From an uncultured Succinivibrionaceae bacterium (GTDB lineage Bacteria > Pseudomonadota > Gammaproteobacteria > Enterobacterales > Succinivibrionaceae): a DNA stretch of 64,000 nt. The position numbers and the translations under genes were made by a program. The stretch spans positions 1,674-65,673 of the forward strand of contig CALXNX010000002.1 in NCBI GenBank assembly GCA_944389865.1, written 5' to 3'. The notes beneath the pieces are model-generated. The model was not told the DNA's origin and did not search any database. It saw nothing but the letters and a program-made list of their open reading frames with translations. Numbering within the stretch: position 1 is the first letter of the stretch; every line of letters starts with the position of its first letter. Positions 61,463 through 64,000 of the stretch are shown here, piece by piece.

Positions 61463-63186
61463 GTCTGCGGCCCGTGCAGCTGCGCCGGCGCTGCCTTTTC
61501 AGATGTCTCTGTCTCCTTGACCTGCGGCAGCGGCGGCAGATCGGGGAAGCTGCTGTGCATCCGGCGCTGCAGCTGATGCCGGGATAAAGCGTTTAAAAGA
61601 TTAAAGACAAAGGCCGGCACGTAGCGGAACATCGCGCTGTCTGCATATTCCCCGCAGCGCTGCAGGAAACCGCCGCGGATGCCTAAAATGATGCCCGGGC
61701 AGTTCAGGGGCAGAAGCTGGGGAGCGCCCAGGGGATTTTCCTTGTCTAAGAGTTCAAGCGCCTGATCGGCCCCCTGCGGGCGCAGGAAATTGAGCGCGCA
61801 GGGCGCAGCTCCTGCAGTGAGCCGGGCCGGGACCTCGGTGAGGGACGAGAGCTGCTGGAGCGCGGCGTGCAGGAGCATTAAATGCTCGCGATCCTCGCGG
61901 CGGGCGGCGACCAGCTCGGTGCGCGGAATGAAGCCGGGGCCCATGTAGATCACTATCGACGGCCGCGGCAGATTGACGAATTCATTGAGCTTTTCGATGA
62001 TGCAGCAGATGCTCTCGCGCGCGCTTAAGCCCTCCTTCAGGCAGTTGCGCTGTAAACTCTCCACTGCGGGCGTCAGCTGTCCGGGATACTGCCGGGCGGC
62101 CCGGGCGAACAGCTCGCTGTAGGTTAAGATCTCAGCATCTTTAAGCTGCAGCTGATAAGGGCGCTCGTGCAGTGAGCAGTAGAGTGCCTCGCGCTCATCG
62201 TTAAGCTCTGCGCAGCGCTCCACGGCCTGTGCGCTTAACTGCTTTAAGCCCTCCACGACGGCGCTCAGCGGGGTGTTATTGATGTTTAATTTAAAGCACA
62301 GGGCCGCGCAGTCCGTGTGCAGCAGCGCATTGCGCGCATTTAATACCTCGGTAAGCTGCGGCACTAAGGGCTCCAGGGCAGCCGTGCGCAGGGCCGCCGG
62401 ATTTAACTCCAGAAGTTCAATCAGCTTTGCACCGATGAGCCCGGCGCTGAAGCCGCTGTAGGGATTATCCGGCGCACTGTGCTCGCCTAAGATGAAAAAG
62501 CAGGGCTCGCAGCAGCCTTGAGCGCTGGTATACACCGGCAGCGGCGCCTTAGGGTCACTTACCGAGATCGGGGCCGTCTGCAGCGCGGCGTAAAAGTCTA
62601 AATGTTCAGTCTGCGCCAGATCCTGCAGAAAAGGCAGCAGCTCCATGATGCCGGCATAATTGCGCCTGACCTCAGACAGGCATAAAAAGAGGATGTTGAA
62701 CTCCAGGGCCGCAGCGTGATCGGAGATCTCCTTGAGCGCGGCGATAAAGCAGGCGGCGCCGGCTTTGCACTCCAGGACGCCGAGACCGGGCAGCATGTCA
62801 GGCAGGCTGCCGTCCTCAAGCTTTAACTTATCGAACACGCCGGCAGAGAGGAGCTCTGCTTTGAGCTCATCGGTTTTGAAGGCGAAATTTTTAAACCGGC
62901 CGTAATTTTCCAGTCCAAAGGTATCAATGCTGCAGCAGAGCACTAAGGTGGAGGAAATATTTCCGGGCGCTTTGATCAGGGCGGCGATGGAGGTGTTTTT
63001 TTGATCGGCATGGCCGATAAAATGCAGCTTCTCAGGATGGGCTTTAAAGTAGGGGAAACCGGCCAGCCCGTCGCCTACGGCCTGCATGATGATGCTCTCG
63101 CCGCGGCTGCCGGTGACGCTGGGTATGGAGATCAGCCATTTGGCTAAAGTTTCGGATTCTGCTTTGAGATCGCGGTTGAAAAACAC
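61459..63186 (-). CDS. Hypothetical protein, possibly a RocB-like member of the M20/M25/M40 peptidase superfamily
   Basis: The N-terminus ETLAKWLISIPSVTGSRGE resembles the M20 LVxIPSVTGxE opening. Its 575 aa are similar in size to B. subtilis RocB. The assignment is by weak resemblance only. Confidence 0.35.
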   Translation of the reverse strand: MFFNRDLKAESETLAKWLISIPSVTGSRGESIIMQAVGDGLAGFPYFKAHPEKLHFIGHADQKNTSIAALIKAPGNISSTLVLCCSIDTFGLENYGRFKNFAFKTDELKAELLSAGVFDKLKLEDGSLPDMLPGLGVLECKAGAACFIAALKEISDHAAALEFNILFLCLSEVRRNYAGIMELLPFLQDLAQTEHLDFYAALQTAPISVSDPKAPLPVYTSAQGCCEPCFFILGEHSAPDNPYSGFSAGLIGAKLIELLELNPAALRTAALEPLVPQLTEVLNARNALLHTDCAALCFKLNINNTPLSAVVEGLKQLSAQAVERCAELNDEREALYCSLHERPYQLQLKDAEILTYSELFARAARQYPGQLTPAVESLQRNCLKEGLSARESICCIIEKLNEFVNLPRPSIVIYMGPGFIPRTELVAARREDREHLMLLHAALQQLSSLTEVPARLTAGAAPCALNFLRPQGADQALELLDKENPLGAPQLLPLNCPGIILGIRGGFLQRCGEYADSAMFRYVPAFVFNLLNALSRHQLQRRMHSSFPDLPPLPQVKETETSEKAAPAQLHGPQT

Positions 63187-63213
63187 GGGCTCTATCTCCT
63201 TGTGCCGGCTTAA

Positions 63214-64000
63214 TTATTGGTTCTGCGCTAAGGCCTCGTTGAATAATTGGGTTTTAAAGACCTGCACGCTGCTCTTAAAGGCCTCGCGCTGCTCACGGGC
63301 TAAATTGGGATGACTGGAGGTCGGCAGTTCAATCTTCAGCGGATCGACCGGACGATCGTTGATGCGCAGCTCATAATGCAGATGCGGTCCGGTGGTGCGG
63401 CCGGTATTGCCGGTCTTGGCGATGACCTGGCCTGCCATGATCTGCTGGCCCTTCTTCACGTCTATCCTGGATAAGTGCATATAGACTGTAGAGTAATTCT
63501 GCTCGTGGCGCAGAATGATGTAGTAGCCGGCGGCGCGCTGATAGCCGGCAAAGGTCACCATGCCGTCAGCCGGCGCATAGACCGGGGTGCCGATGGGAGC
63601 TTTGATATCTATGCCTTTATGCGGCGACACCCGTCCGGTGACCGGATGGCGGCGGTGCAGATTGAATTTTGAATTGATCTTGATGGCGGTGGCCAGCGGG
63701 AAGCGCCGGAAGATGCCGGCGGTGGGGACATATTTGTCCTCTTCATAGAAATTATTGTCCGCCGTGCTGCGGTAGTAGGCGGTCCTGCCGAAGGCGGCGC
63801 TGTTAATTTCCACGGCATTGATTAAAGCGCTGGTGCCGATTTCATTAAAGAGCACGCGCACGCTGTCCCCGGGCTTGAGCTTCTTCAGACTGCCCTTGGA
63901 GGCATAAATCCGCTCCAGGCTGCGCACCTCAGTTGAGGTTAAGCCTAAGCGGCGGGCGCAGCTTTTAAAGTTCTCGCCAGGCTTCAAGGCGCCGTAAATT
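63214..64000 (-). CDS. M23 family murein DD-endopeptidase (MepM/YebA-like), C-terminal part; the ORF is open to the window end
   Basis: HKGIDIKAPIGTPVYAPADG (HxxxD) and GNTGRTTGPHLHYELRIN (HxH) are present. There is no stop codon upstream before position 64000. Confidence 0.85.
   Translation of the reverse strand, partial: IYGALKPGENFKSCARRLGLTSTEVRSLERIYASKGSLKKLKPGDSVRVLFNEIGTSALINAVEINSAAFGRTAYYRSTADNNFYEEDKYVPTAGIFRRFPLATAIKINSKFNLHRRHPVTGRVSPHKGIDIKAPIGTPVYAPADGMVTFAGYQRAAGYYIILRHEQNYSTVYMHLSRIDVKKGQQIMAGQVIAKTGNTGRTTGPHLHYELRINDRPVDPLKIELPTSSHPNLAREQREAFKSSVQVFKTQLFNEALAQNQ

Overview
The window is a gammaproteobacterial chromosome segment with Pseudomonas/Vibrio-like gene order. GC is in the mid-to-high 50s percent on lines I hand-counted. 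Three conserved housekeeping blocks make up most of it. Block 1 (1-14.7 kb, minus strand) is sanA'-ybeD-dacA-rlpA-mltB-rodA-mrdA-rlmH-rsfS-(orphan)-nadD-holA-lptE-leuS. Block 2 (28-33.5 kb, minus strand) is lnt-corC-ybeY-phoH-miaB. Block 3 (40.7-56.5 kb, plus strand) is a polar-flagellum and chemotaxis cluster: flhA-flhF-flhG-fliA-cheY-cheZ-cheA-cheB-motA-motB-parC-like-parP-like-cheW-DUF2802-like. Accessory DNA sits between leuS and lnt. It holds an L,D-transpeptidase tightly coupled to an 885-aa secreted protein of unknown function. It also holds a 9-kb Type I restriction-modification island arranged hsdM-hsdS-tyrosine recombinase-hsdS-hsdR, all on one strand. The second hsdS is a near-perfect tandem duplication of a single target-recognition domain. 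The hsdS-int-hsdS core is strikingly AT-rich, and a 23-bp perfect inverted repeat lies at the hsdS1/integrase junction. Other content includes a Fic toxin with an unannotated 52-aa VbhA-like antitoxin ORF, and a tRNA operon (Gln-Gln-Met-Gln) behind a consensus sigma70 promoter. There is also an nhaC-patB-yheO operon, a potABC-like transporter without a binding-protein gene, an Fe-ADH, a RocB-like protein and a partial M23 peptidase. No rRNA, CRISPR array, transposase or prophage structural genes were seen. The best candidate for something new is the direct-orientation, recombinase-containing Type I R-M locus. The second candidate is the L,D-transpeptidase/giant-protein pair. All functional calls come from motif and family recognition by eye; no database search was run.
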